Source: a virus. Taken from it: a stretch of DNA of 64,000 nucleotides. The DNA is taken from IMG/VR virus record IMGVR_UViG_3300042907_000878, positions 1 to 64,000 of that record. One strand, 5' to 3'. The position numbers and the translations under genes are program-made. The notes beneath the pieces were generated by a model that worked only from the letters and a program-made list of their open reading frames with translations, did no database searches and was not told where the DNA came from. This document shows positions 32,889-42,981 of the stretch, piece by piece. The stretch's first letter is position 1. The number at the start of each line of letters is the position of its first letter.

Positions 32889-35635
32889 AAATAACTAAAC
32901 CTGTAGAATTTTTGGGCGCTTATGTAGTTAGTGCAGATCTTAGTATGGGTTGGGGTGGCGAATCAGGATATTGTAATTTAGAACTAGTAGAAGAACCCAA
33001 AGATGGTAAACTTTTTAAACCACCGTCACTAGGAACTGGATGTATATTTAATTTTGATAAATTAAGCTTTGGTGGAATTTTAAAAAGGTGGACGTATAGT
33101 GAAGATACCGGAAATGGAAGAAGATATTCGGTAGTGCTGGAGTCTCCGGCTTCAATTTTAGCAGGAACGCAAATCGTATTAAATCGTTTTCAAGGAACCA
33201 TATACACAGACGATAGTAATATTGACGCATTGCAAAATAAAGATGTAATGACATACGGAGGAAAATATCCTACAAATATTATTAATATCTTTGCATCTAA
33301 AGAAAATTATGAATATGGCGGTATTTTTGGCGCTGCCAATTTAAATGAACTTGGGTATCCAGCAGCTAATATTATTGGGGATATTAATAAAGCAATCTCA
33401 GATGGTGTATTTGGTGGCAAGATATTTTTTGCAGATACTGAATATGAGTTAGATTTATCAGAGTTATCAGAAGTTATATCATCTATTGCGGATTATAGAA
33501 TTGGTGGTGACTTTGTAGATTTATCTACGCTGATTAGTGATATATGTGATACAGCGGTCTATGACTATACATTAACACTAACAGGAACTACGAACACTTT
33601 GGGCGTAATCACCAAGGACGCTAAAATAAAAATAAAAGTGCTGTCAAGAAGAAGCGCCCCAAATCCAAATGTGATAAGCGAAACGATCCAAAATTTAAAA
33701 AATAAGCCGGATAAACAAAAAAATCTGATTAGTTACAATACTGGAAAAGAGTTTGCAGATAACATAACTCAAAAGGTTTTAATTGGTAGTCAAGCTAGTA
33801 GATATTGGCTTGCTGGTAGACCTTATATGCTTCCTATCTGGGGCCAATTGGGGCAAGGTCAATCTGCCGTTTATTTCTACGGCAATAGCGTTTACGAATA
33901 CGGAAATATGTTTGCCCCCATTAGAGTAACTATCGACGGGGCAAATCAATACGGCGAAGGAAGCTTTAGCTATGTTGATACAAATCTATTAGAGTTAAGA
34001 TGTGCAATGTCTGAAACAAAAGATACTTGGACAGCATATCATATTTTAATGGCTTTGAAAGAAGGCAGAGAAGGCTTAACATTTGGTAATTTTTCTATAA
34101 CAAAAGATGATTTTAAAAACTTGCTTCAGGGCAAGCTAGCCCCCGCTGATGTTATGGATACCGGACTTGACAATGCAGAAATGGCCGCAGCTTACTTGTA
34201 TGGTCCTGCGGTAGCAGCAAAAACTGCCGCCCAAAGACTTATGGATACAAGATATAATTCATTAAAAGCAGCCGCGAACACTTTTTATGGTAGGTCTTTC
34301 TTAGTTGCTATTCCTGCTGAAGTTGGTGGAGCAAGCAATAATTTTAGATGGATTGAACTAGATAAAAAAATTGAAAACTCTTGGGATATAGCTGGAAATT
34401 CTTGGGCTGGCGACAATGCTTCGGCTTATTTTCCAGATACTAAATTTTATGATGACAATGGAAAACTAGGAGCTGTTGCCGTTTTTCCAAACTATACTAA
34501 TATAGATTTTTCAGATTTTAAGAGCGACTATGGCAGATCTGTACTTGGTACAAATAATGGTGTAGTTGTTAATGTTACTGTTGATACATCTTGGGGGATA
34601 AGGTGGATTGACACTGCGACTTCGGATGTAGATAGTTCAGGCAATGCTAAAACTGATTCTGCGGGTAAGCGAATAAGCACTTCTCGTACAGTTGGATATG
34701 TTAAAGTTGATATACCATCCTGTGATATTTACGATGAATATACAACACAGGTTAATGGCTTTAATATGTTGTGCAAATTAATTATGGGTACAGATCTACT
34801 TCCGGGATATCATAATATGTTCGGCTTTGAAAATTTTGATTTCCCCCTTCCCCCGTCTAGGGTTGCTCCAGAATATATTGGCGTCCCACAACAAAGCAAC
34901 CGATATGTTTGGGGTCCGTGGTTTTCATTCAATAGTGATTCTGGACAGAAAGGTAAACTATCTATAGATCAAGACACTAGTCTAAATCCTGAAACTTTTG
35001 GGACTATTGCAAAAATGAATGAATATGCCAATAGTACTGTTAATATAGATATGAATATGCTTCTTGAAGCTGAAACTGGATCGGTCGAACTTGCTGAATC
35101 CCCGGCCTTTAGCTTAGCTGATAGATTCTTTGGCAGCGGACCTTATGTTACAAACATGTCAATTAGAATTGATGCAACTGCTGGATATAGAACTACTTAT
35201 TCATTTGCTAATTGGACTAAATCTTTTGGTAAACTATCAAGATATAATATAGATTCATTTAAAAAATCTAGGCAAAACGCTTTTAAATTTCAGAAGAATA
35301 TCAGAGACTTATTTCGCTATCCACCGGGAAGACCTATAAATACTAAATTATTAAAATTATTTGAGCCTAAGTTGCCCCGTATGCCAATGCAATCTACAAA
35401 TATGATAGTAGGAAATTTTTCAAATGCAATAGGATATGCTATTAATAATCCTAATAACTTATCGCCGGGAATTAATATGCAAGCGGCCCCAACAAATGCT
35501 GCTACAAGAGGAATGGGGCTTAATTACATGGAAAGCTTTGGCGCGGGATATGAACAAATATTTACACCAATTTTTGCCTACGATCAAAGAGATCCTGCAA
35601 GGGTAAAGAGAAACTTTAATTTAGGAAATTATTAA
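32885..35635 (+). CDS. Putative baseplate hub/tail tip protein
   Basis: ATG at 32885 (ATGA overlap); large beta-rich ORF; C-terminal GPYVTNMSIRIDATAGYRTTY hub-like end. Confidence 0.5.
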   Translation: MKITKPVEFLGAYVVSADLSMGWGGESGYCNLELVEEPKDGKLFKPPSLGTGCIFNFDKLSFGGILKRWTYSEDTGNGRRYSVVLESPASILAGTQIVLNRFQGTIYTDDSNIDALQNKDVMTYGGKYPTNIINIFASKENYEYGGIFGAANLNELGYPAANIIGDINKAISDGVFGGKIFFADTEYELDLSELSEVISSIADYRIGGDFVDLSTLISDICDTAVYDYTLTLTGTTNTLGVITKDAKIKIKVLSRRSAPNPNVISETIQNLKNKPDKQKNLISYNTGKEFADNITQKVLIGSQASRYWLAGRPYMLPIWGQLGQGQSAVYFYGNSVYEYGNMFAPIRVTIDGANQYGEGSFSYVDTNLLELRCAMSETKDTWTAYHILMALKEGREGLTFGNFSITKDDFKNLLQGKLAPADVMDTGLDNAEMAAAYLYGPAVAAKTAAQRLMDTRYNSLKAAANTFYGRSFLVAIPAEVGGASNNFRWIELDKKIENSWDIAGNSWAGDNASAYFPDTKFYDDNGKLGAVAVFPNYTNIDFSDFKSDYGRSVLGTNNGVVVNVTVDTSWGIRWIDTATSDVDSSGNAKTDSAGKRISTSRTVGYVKVDIPSCDIYDEYTTQVNGFNMLCKLIMGTDLLPGYHNMFGFENFDFPLPPSRVAPEYIGVPQQSNRYVWGPWFSFNSDSGQKGKLSIDQDTSLNPETFGTIAKMNEYANSTVNIDMNMLLEAETGSVELAESPAFSLADRFFGSGPYVTNMSIRIDATAGYRTTYSFANWTKSFGKLSRYNIDSFKKSRQNAFKFQKNIRDLFRYPPGRPINTKLLKLFEPKLPRMPMQSTNMIVGNFSNAIGYAINNPNNLSPGINMQAAPTNAATRGMGLNYMESFGAGYEQIFTPIFAYDQRDPARVKRNFNLGNY

Positions 35636-37380
35636 TGAGCGTTGTAGTATCAAAATTAACATTTTGCGGTGGATATATAGGCTCATTTACAGCTAGCACA
35701 TCTCCAGATGGTGGACAATTGATAGTTAGAGTATTTGACTCTAAGGCCGATGGAATTACTACAAGTCCACCAGCCACTGGCAGCTTAAAGATGTTTAACT
35801 ATGGCAACTTTGGATTTAGTTTTTTAGGAGCGGTTCAAACTGTAGTAACGAATCCTGAGACAGCAACCGAACCAAAATCATATACTTTAAACTTAACTTG
35901 TAATCAAAATATAAGTAATTTATCGGATACTATTGTTGGATTATATCCATATAATATTAATGTAGCATATATAGCTAAACTCCCTCAAGATGTTGTTGCT
36001 GTAGAAGCTTATGGCTATAGTGAAAATTCGCCAAACTCAAACTATGGTAGTTTTTTTGACTGGAATATATCTACAGGATCAGATGATTTTTCATTAAATG
36101 CTGTTTTGTACAAGTCATATATTAAACATCCTTACAATGCTCCAAATGGAAGTCCTCTATATAAAATTGATGGATCAATCACACCTAGCGCTGCTACGCA
36201 AAATATTGTTATATATTCCTCTTCTGAAAATCCACCAGCAGTGACAGATCCTAATGCCGACACTTCTCCTCCTATTACTATTATTACGCCACCAGCACAA
36301 GGTACGCCACCAGCACAAGGGTCTACGGGTGCTGTTGGCAGTTCAACTACAACACAGACAAATGACTACGGCGCTGGATCTGTTATAATTAAATATCCAA
36401 ATAACGGCACAGTTCCAGTTGGAACAACAGTGACTACATCGTCATCGGATGGACTCACTTCCACTAAGACAATCTATGCCGATTCTTCTGAAGTAACTGA
36501 AACTACATTAACGACATTTTCTCCTACTAGAAATGTTGCTTCACAAAATATTGCACAAAAACAACAAGCGTTTAATCAACCCGCATCCTTTCAGGGGTCA
36601 ATCGATCCAACAAAATTATTTCCCAGCACTGAAATTTACCCTTCTAGTACATATTCAGGAAAAGATTCTGGTGTTTTTTTTGGAAAAAGCGCTAGCCCAA
36701 CCTCCTTTGATTTAGATCCATACTTTTATTTTTCTAAAAATGACTATGGTTTAGTCGCGAAAGATGGAAAAAGTAATTCTAAAAATATTAATACAAAAAA
36801 GGAACCAGTCAAAGACCATGTTAGAACAATGGGCCTTAAGGGACCAATGTATTATTCTGGATGGGGCTATGATACCAGAGGACTGCCTGTTCCGAATGCA
36901 GCAAATCAAATTATTCAAACTGGAGTTGGAACTAATAAACAACCATTGTATGGAACCGATGTAAATGGATCTTATAAATTTCATGAAAAAACCCCCATAG
37001 AAAGAAAACTTTGGAAAACTGGTCCAGTGGATTTAAGATGGCATGATAAAAGAAAAACTTGGGTGGGTGGACATGAAATGCTTGAGGGGTATTTAATGTC
37101 TGACTTAGCAGCGCCAAAAAAACAGGGAGTAACAACTGCAAAAATGGCAGTATTAAGGATAGCCTCTCCATCGGGTCTTACGGGGCAAAATTTATTAGCA
37201 AGTCCTGCTGTAGACTTAAAAGATGAGACAGGAAAAGTGACTGGAGTTCGCCCTGCTGTTTACACTAATGAATTTATAAGTGTATCAAATCGTGACCCTT
37301 CACTATCTGCGTCTTCGGGCGCATATTGCATGGTTGCAGACATTAATTATGAATGGAGGCCGATTTATATCGGATGTTAA
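35635..37380 (+). CDS. Putative tail tip/spike-associated protein
   Basis: N-terminus resembles that of 32885; KGPMYYSGWGYD and WKTGPVDLRW motifs; 18-nt tandem repeat (TPPAQG x2) at 36285-36320. Confidence 0.45.
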   Translation: MSVVVSKLTFCGGYIGSFTASTSPDGGQLIVRVFDSKADGITTSPPATGSLKMFNYGNFGFSFLGAVQTVVTNPETATEPKSYTLNLTCNQNISNLSDTIVGLYPYNINVAYIAKLPQDVVAVEAYGYSENSPNSNYGSFFDWNISTGSDDFSLNAVLYKSYIKHPYNAPNGSPLYKIDGSITPSAATQNIVIYSSSENPPAVTDPNADTSPPITIITPPAQGTPPAQGSTGAVGSSTTTQTNDYGAGSVIIKYPNNGTVPVGTTVTTSSSDGLTSTKTIYADSSEVTETTLTTFSPTRNVASQNIAQKQQAFNQPASFQGSIDPTKLFPSTEIYPSSTYSGKDSGVFFGKSASPTSFDLDPYFYFSKNDYGLVAKDGKSNSKNINTKKEPVKDHVRTMGLKGPMYYSGWGYDTRGLPVPNAANQIIQTGVGTNKQPLYGTDVNGSYKFHEKTPIERKLWKTGPVDLRWHDKRKTWVGGHEMLEGYLMSDLAAPKKQGVTTAKMAVLRIASPSGLTGQNLLASPAVDLKDETGKVTGVRPAVYTNEFISVSNRDPSLSASSGAYCMVADINYEWRPIYIGC

Positions 37381-37381
37381 T

Positions 37382-39250
37382 ATGGGACGAGGATGTGGCT
37401 GTTGTAAAACTTTAAATAATTATAATATTTTTGTAAAATTTGTTCCATATGTGGCAACATCATATTCTGTACCCTTTCCCCCGCCACCTTCTGGTGACGG
37501 TTGTAATGATTTAGAATATATAAATAAATATTTTTATGATTTATCTTTAACTGGATGTGGTGGCGCTCCACCATTACCCGCTATCCAAGATTCTATAAAT
37601 ATACCTTCATGTGTTTCTGAAGTTAAAAAAAATACACTAAAAAGAAATTATGATAGTAATAAATTATATATATCTCCATTAATAGAAGATTTTAATTTAT
37701 ATATAAATGATAATTTAGAATTATCTGATGAATTTTCTTATTTATTACCAAGACAAGTAACTTATAATGAATATAATCCCGGTGGCGAAAAGTATAACTA
37801 CTGGAGAGGTAATGCAATAAATTATATATATAATTATGATTTAGGTGTAATAAATCCAGAAGATAAAAAATTATCTACTTCCACCCAAATAAATGGATAT
37901 AAAGGCTTTAATTATACTCCACTTTCAACATTATGCACAGTACTATTAGGAAAAGTAAGATATATCTCTAATAGAGATTGTTTAATCAAAGCTGATGCTG
38001 ATTTTTATAATAGTTCTGATGTCTACACTCAGTATGGATTTGTACCATGTGGTGACGGAGCGATCTTAAAAGGATCATATATTATAGATGAAGGTATTGT
38101 TTATGATATAAATGAATATATATCTAAAATTGAAGTGCCTTCTACTAGTTATCAAAGTGTAACTATAACTTATCCGATAATAATTACATATTCTGGAAAT
38201 AAAGCTAATGTTACAGGAAGTAATTCTGGATCAGCAACATATAAAACTACACTTTCATTTACTTCAGTTAATAGTGCCAGTACTAATATTCAACCTCAAG
38301 TTGAATATGTTCGAGACTCTTTTAGAATTATAGGTAATACAGAAGTATCTTCAAACGCTTCGGAATCATATGAAAATTGCGCAACTACTGAACGATTTAA
38401 AAAATATCCTTTTAATCCTGTGAATCCTTGTGGACTTCCAATTATTAAAGATCAATATATTTGCGGTAGACATATCGAAAACTCCGGTCCAAAAAGACTA
38501 GTAATATCAATGGCTCCAAAATTTACATTTGGCTCAGCTTTTGTTAGATTAAAATATATAAATAATGGTGAATTTGCAGTTAAATTTATAGATTTACCTA
38601 TAATATCACTTTCTTCATCATATGCATCAATATATTCTTCAGCCCGTATAGAGGCTTATGCTTTACTAAAAGGTTCTATATCTAAAAATGGAGAATATAT
38701 TTATACAAATAATTTTCAAATAACTATTTGTGAAGACAATGCAGATGTGACTTCGGAAGATGGGGAGGTTTTGATTGAATATTCTGGATACGAAAGACCA
38801 GTAATTACTGATTCATTGCAAGCTATACCAAATGGAATTGGCGCTAATGCCGCAATAACTAGTTATAATTGTGGAGTAGACTTTAAAGTTGATAAGGTTC
38901 CAGCTAAAACAATTGGTATTTATTATGCATATTCTCCTTTTGCCTTGTCTAACTTAGGAGTTCCTTTTTTGGGAGGCTTTATAAGTAAAATAGTAAATGA
39001 TCCATGCGAAGAGCCACAACCCAATGTATCGGACCCTCCTTTATTTACGCAATGGAATACTAGATTTGCTTATGAAACAAGATATGAGTTTGGAGAAGGC
39101 GCTGGAACGCCTATAAATTCAAGACCAGTAGGAGCGGAAATAAATATAGATGGAAAAATATTTCCAGTAGATGGATTGACTGACGCTTTGTATCTATATT
39201 TTAGAGATTTTAATTATGACCTTATATATATAAATCAGGAAATTAACTAA
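37382..39250 (+). CDS. Hypothetical tail-tip protein starting MGRGCGCC
   Basis: ATG at 37382 immediately after the upstream stop; very AT-rich. Confidence 0.5.
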   Translation: MGRGCGCCKTLNNYNIFVKFVPYVATSYSVPFPPPPSGDGCNDLEYINKYFYDLSLTGCGGAPPLPAIQDSINIPSCVSEVKKNTLKRNYDSNKLYISPLIEDFNLYINDNLELSDEFSYLLPRQVTYNEYNPGGEKYNYWRGNAINYIYNYDLGVINPEDKKLSTSTQINGYKGFNYTPLSTLCTVLLGKVRYISNRDCLIKADADFYNSSDVYTQYGFVPCGDGAILKGSYIIDEGIVYDINEYISKIEVPSTSYQSVTITYPIIITYSGNKANVTGSNSGSATYKTTLSFTSVNSASTNIQPQVEYVRDSFRIIGNTEVSSNASESYENCATTERFKKYPFNPVNPCGLPIIKDQYICGRHIENSGPKRLVISMAPKFTFGSAFVRLKYINNGEFAVKFIDLPIISLSSSYASIYSSARIEAYALLKGSISKNGEYIYTNNFQITICEDNADVTSEDGEVLIEYSGYERPVITDSLQAIPNGIGANAAITSYNCGVDFKVDKVPAKTIGIYYAYSPFALSNLGVPFLGGFISKIVNDPCEEPQPNVSDPPLFTQWNTRFAYETRYEFGEGAGTPINSRPVGAEINIDGKIFPVDGLTDALYLYFRDFNYDLIYINQEIN

Positions 39251-39525
39251 TGTTACTAGATTCTATTAAAAATTATATTATCAGTGGATTTTCAAATGTA
39301 AGTGACAACACAAAACAAAATAGATTAAATATATGTAAATCCTGCGAGCATTTTAATGAATCTTTACATCAATGCAAGCACTGCGGATGTTTTCTTCATA
39401 TAAAAACCTCTTGGGCAACTGAGAAATGCCCACTTGACAAATGGGTTGCTGAAATTGAACAAATCCAACATCCTCCAATCGACCAAAATACACCTTCTGG
39501 AGATTGCGGATGCAACAAAAAATAA
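39250..39525 (+). CDS. Small Cys-rich protein (DUF6171-like)
   Basis: RLNICKSCEHF...CKHCGCFL..K......CPLDKW. Confidence 0.65.
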   Translation: MLLDSIKNYIISGFSNVSDNTKQNRLNICKSCEHFNESLHQCKHCGCFLHIKTSWATEKCPLDKWVAEIEQIQHPPIDQNTPSGDCGCNKK

Positions 39526-39590
39526 TGTGTATATTATAATGACATGTCAAAAAACCTTTAAAGGTAAAATAGTAACTTAGGAGATCTCTT

Positions 39591-40553
39591 ATGGCAAGTA
39601 TTAGTTTTGAAGTATTAGATAATAGCAATCCGGGCATCGGAAGCGGCATTAGCGCTTCGGGCCTCGGATTCTATGGAAGTGGAGGTTTTGGAACAAGTGT
39701 TCCTCTGCTTAATTATCAAGGTAAAACATTTGTAACAAGCTCTGATGGAACTAATCAAGGTCCAGAAGCAAGAAACGTACAATTTACAAGCGTATCTGGA
39801 TGTACAATTTCTGCTGGCACAGGATTATTATCCAAGATTAATTCTTCAGAAGCTACACTAGTTGTTAATTTTGACCATACAGCAAGTGTTAAAGTTCAAA
39901 ACGCACAGCTCCGTATTTATGACCGCGATAACATTGACAACCCTGCGAGTGGAGTTATCACTAAAATTGCAGAAGTTGCTAATTTTGGTGGTGGTACAAT
40001 TAGCTACAGCACATGGGTTGGCAATAATGGCAACGATATTTTAACCACTGTTGGTTCGGGCGATGCATTCTGGTGGGGCGCTCCTTGGCCAAATAATCAC
40101 TGCTATGTTCCATTCCAAGGGACAACAGTTAATCGTCCATACTATCAAAACTCTGTGGGTGTTAAATTCTATAATTTTACAGATGTTCAAGACGCTGCAA
40201 ATAGTGGTAATCCTCACCCAAGCCTTTCTGGATTATCAAGTCCCGGCAAGCAAACAGTTGGTGGAAGTGGATTAATTGTTCCCTTGTCAGACTCTCCGGG
40301 AAGTGGTGGTCGCGGCCTTGCCTCTCCATTACACACGGGCGCTCCAAAATATTGCCAATATATCAATGCAACTTCTCAGGGGACTTTACTGGGAGCCAAT
40401 ACAACATTTGATAGTGGCAGTTTGTTAGCTAGTATGTATGGTGGAACTGGTGCTGATACACGCCACACTTGGAGGGTTGCGATTTCTTCCGCTCCTCTAA
40501 GCATTGGAAGTAAAACCCAGTTTGGTATGTATATCAGTCTAGAATATCTATAA
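39591..40553 (+). CDS. Hypothetical virion protein
   Basis: RBS AGGAG; Gly/Ser rich; preceded by GTGTATATTATAA. Confidence 0.6.
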   Translation: MASISFEVLDNSNPGIGSGISASGLGFYGSGGFGTSVPLLNYQGKTFVTSSDGTNQGPEARNVQFTSVSGCTISAGTGLLSKINSSEATLVVNFDHTASVKVQNAQLRIYDRDNIDNPASGVITKIAEVANFGGGTISYSTWVGNNGNDILTTVGSGDAFWWGAPWPNNHCYVPFQGTTVNRPYYQNSVGVKFYNFTDVQDAANSGNPHPSLSGLSSPGKQTVGGSGLIVPLSDSPGSGGRGLASPLHTGAPKYCQYINATSQGTLLGANTTFDSGSLLASMYGGTGADTRHTWRVAISSAPLSIGSKTQFGMYISLEYL

Positions 40554-40559
40554 TTATAA

Positions 40560-40658
40560 ATTACCGAGAGATTAGCTGGCGATCTTTTTATCGTTTCGAA
40601 TCGCGACTCATTCTCGTAATATAACTGAAGACGAACGATTGCAAGTTATATCGGTAAT
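40560..40658. ncRNA. Candidate structured intergenic RNA (multi-stem)
   Basis: Closing stem attaccga/tcggtaat encloses gaga/tctc, gcgat/atcgt and tataact/agttata stems. Confidence 0.35.
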
Positions 40659-40662
40659 AAAT

Positions 40663-40692
40663 AAAAAAGCCCCGTTTTACCGGGGCTTTTTT
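40663..40692. terminator. Bidirectional Rho-independent terminator between the convergent gene blocks
   Basis: aaaaaa-gccccg-ttttac-cggggc-tttttt. Confidence 0.9.
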
Positions 40693-40696
40693 GTCT

Positions 40697-41041
40697 TTAC
40701 ACTTCTTTATTTTGTGACTTGTCCCATCTCATCCAGCCACCATCAGGTAGCCACTTATCGTCCTTGTCTTTTCGTCTTGGAAATAAACCTCCACCTTTTT
40801 TATGAACACCGAAAGCGAGTTTAGCTCGACACTCTCTGCTTGTACATCTAAGTTCATAATATTCATTTTCTTCTGCATCTTTACGAACAACGTGACTCAA
40901 TCCATCATATCCGCACTTTCCGCAAATTGAAATAGCAAAAACTTCTTCAAGGTCTGCTAATTGCTTAAAAGCGTCTGTCATCTTATCTGCTTCAACACTA
41001 ATTGTAGAATTGCCAACCTTTTGTGAAATCGTAAAACTCAT
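40697..41041 (-). CDS. Zn-finger hypothetical protein
   Basis: CGKC...CTSREC. Confidence 0.65.
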   Translation of the reverse strand: MSFTISQKVGNSTISVEADKMTDAFKQLADLEEVFAISICGKCGYDGLSHVVRKDAEENEYYELRCTSRECRAKLAFGVHKKGGGLFPRRKDKDDKWLPDGGWMRWDKSQNKEV

Positions 41042-41793
41042 TCAGCACTCTCCTTTAAAATTTCTACCGGAATTGATTTGCTATTGTTTTGATAGTCATT
41101 CAATAGCTTAATCATATTAATTGCAGTCTTCTTACTCACACTCTCAAGTTTATCATAATTCTTTTCTCCAATATTAATATACTTGAGGACATCAATATTA
41201 AGCTCTCTACATTTATTAGTTAATAGACGAATTTGAGCATCGCTAATAGGATCTTCTTCTCTATAACTACCATCCGTAGGAGATGTTTTCATAACTTCTC
41301 GCACTGCCTTAGCAACATCTCTATTTCTGGTAAGCTCTTCAGCAGCAACACAGTTAAGCATTAGTAGCTTTCTTAAGCATCTGCCTTCTGCTCTTGTTGC
41401 AGCAGTTTCATCTGGATATCCTAAGAATAAGTCGTCAGTATTAACTGCCGATACACCAGCCATATCGCCAATTGTAACCAACTGTCCGCTATCAGTTTCT
41501 ATAGTTACTTCATATCGAACAACTGTTCTTGGAGTCGGGCTTTGCACGTTGATAACCTCTACGGGGCGACTAACAATAATCTCTCCCATTAAAAGTCGAG
41601 CAACTCTTCGCAGTCCATAACAGTTAGGATATTTTTTATCATTAATCTCAATTAGTTCGTTATCGGCGAATTTACTCATAACGAAATCATGCCACTCTGG
41701 AGATAGTGGGTCTGGGGTTTCTGGGTCTGTTACACCTTCAACAATATCTACAAGGCTCCGTTTGTCGAATACGCTATCGCTATCATCAATCAT
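41038..41793 (-). CDS. Putative single-strand annealing protein (Rad52/Sak-like)
   Basis: GLRRVA...ETAATRAEGRCLRKLL core and ISDAQIRLL C-terminal motif. Confidence 0.5.
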   Translation of the reverse strand: MIDDSDSVFDKRSLVDIVEGVTDPETPDPLSPEWHDFVMSKFADNELIEINDKKYPNCYGLRRVARLLMGEIIVSRPVEVINVQSPTPRTVVRYEVTIETDSGQLVTIGDMAGVSAVNTDDLFLGYPDETAATRAEGRCLRKLLMLNCVAAEELTRNRDVAKAVREVMKTSPTDGSYREEDPISDAQIRLLTNKCRELNIDVLKYINIGEKNYDKLESVSKKTAINMIKLLNDYQNNSKSIPVEILKESAE

Positions 41794-42562
41794 TTGATAA
41801 CTCCACTTCTATAAGTCTATGTGTTTTGTCGGGAAATTTGGATTCAATCTTTTGTAACTCAGATTTGATTAGCTGTAATAACTTATTGTTATTAAATGCA
41901 GAAACATGTTTGACTAGATACTTAACTCTGATAACGCAAAAACCTCTTGTTATCAATGCCCCACTTTTTATAGCATCATATTTGATTGCCCTTTGTAAAC
42001 TCTTTTCACCAAAAACTGGAATAAAGTGTTGTGGCCCATCAATTTCAATAGCAGTTAACAGATCTGGCAAGTACAAATCTATTTCATACTTTTCGCCGGG
42101 AATCAATCCGACCTTATGCATTATAACATTGTAACCAGCTTTTGTCAAGTGTTCATAGAGATATTTTTCAGCTTTTGATCCCTCGGTACTCGCCTTCCTG
42201 AGAGCCTCTCCTGCGAGCTGTTGTTTGTGACTTTTTTCTTCTGGGGTTTGCGAGTTCCACCTTTCTTGGGCGTTTTTCTTAAATTCTTCCACAGCATCTT
42301 CAGACATTAAAGCCCACTGCTTCGCCCTGCCAGCCCCAATTTTAGCTTTCTCCTCGTCTGTTCTAGTTTTGCCAAGCGTAGGAGGCTTTAACCTACCGCT
42401 TTCCACTGCCGCTTTTGCTGCATCTTCTTTGTTTCTTAATTCTTTGCCAGCTTTTTTTAAAGATCTAGCAATCTTATTAGGATAAGTACTAAATATCTTG
42501 GCGATATCTCTTATACTTTTCCCTTCGTCATACATTTTAATGATTTCATTTATTTCAAGCAT
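41786..42562 (-). CDS. Free-standing endonuclease: HTH, NUMOD3-like repeats, Vsr/DUF559-like PD-(D/E)XK domain
   Basis: MYDEGKSIRDIAKIF; GKTRTDEEKAKIG; YEIDLYLP...AIEIDGPQH. Confidence 0.7.
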   Translation of the reverse strand: MLEINEIIKMYDEGKSIRDIAKIFSTYPNKIARSLKKAGKELRNKEDAAKAAVESGRLKPPTLGKTRTDEEKAKIGAGRAKQWALMSEDAVEEFKKNAQERWNSQTPEEKSHKQQLAGEALRKASTEGSKAEKYLYEHLTKAGYNVIMHKVGLIPGEKYEIDLYLPDLLTAIEIDGPQHFIPVFGEKSLQRAIKYDAIKSGALITRGFCVIRVKYLVKHVSAFNNNKLLQLIKSELQKIESKFPDKTHRLIEVELSND

Positions 42563-42981
42563 TCTATCAATCCTTTAATAGACTTAGCTACTTTAACTTC
42601 TTGGCCACAGTAATTTTCAATAATTTTTTTATGACTTTCGCTTCTTGCAAAGATAGTAAAATTTTTAAGTAATTCTATAGCTGCTTGATAATTAATTGAG
42701 GCGTATAACCATTCAATATTATATAAGTATAAATAATTTTTAGTCTTGCAATTTGTTTGACTAATAATAGACGCACTTTGTAGGTCAAATGCCACTGCCA
42801 CACCTTTAAAGTTTGACAATCCATAAACGCCCATAGTTAAGCATTCTGGAATTAGAATTGACGGCATGTGATTTTGAAAAAATATGCATTGTGATATTTC
42901 TGGCCTTGAGTTGATTTCTTTTAACAAATCATAGTTCAATTCCGAATTTCCCAAATTGTTTACAACAAATCCTAAATTCAT
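42550..42981 (-). CDS. Hypothetical protein in glyco cluster (GT-B fragment-like)
   Basis: Coupled in operon; YLYLYNIEW...FARSESH. Confidence 0.45.
   Translation of the reverse strand: MNLGFVVNNLGNSELNYDLLKEINSRPEISQCIFFQNHMPSILIPECLTMGVYGLSNFKGVAVAFDLQSASIISQTNCKTKNYLYLYNIEWLYASINYQAAIELLKNFTIFARSESHKKIIENYCGQEVKVAKSIKGLIECLK

Noticed and set aside
40560-40658. Hammerhead ribozyme (CTGAAGA on plus, GAAA plus stem on minus)
   Set aside because: The core elements are not on the same strand in the right order; no CUGANGA-stem-GAAA-stem-UH arrangement.
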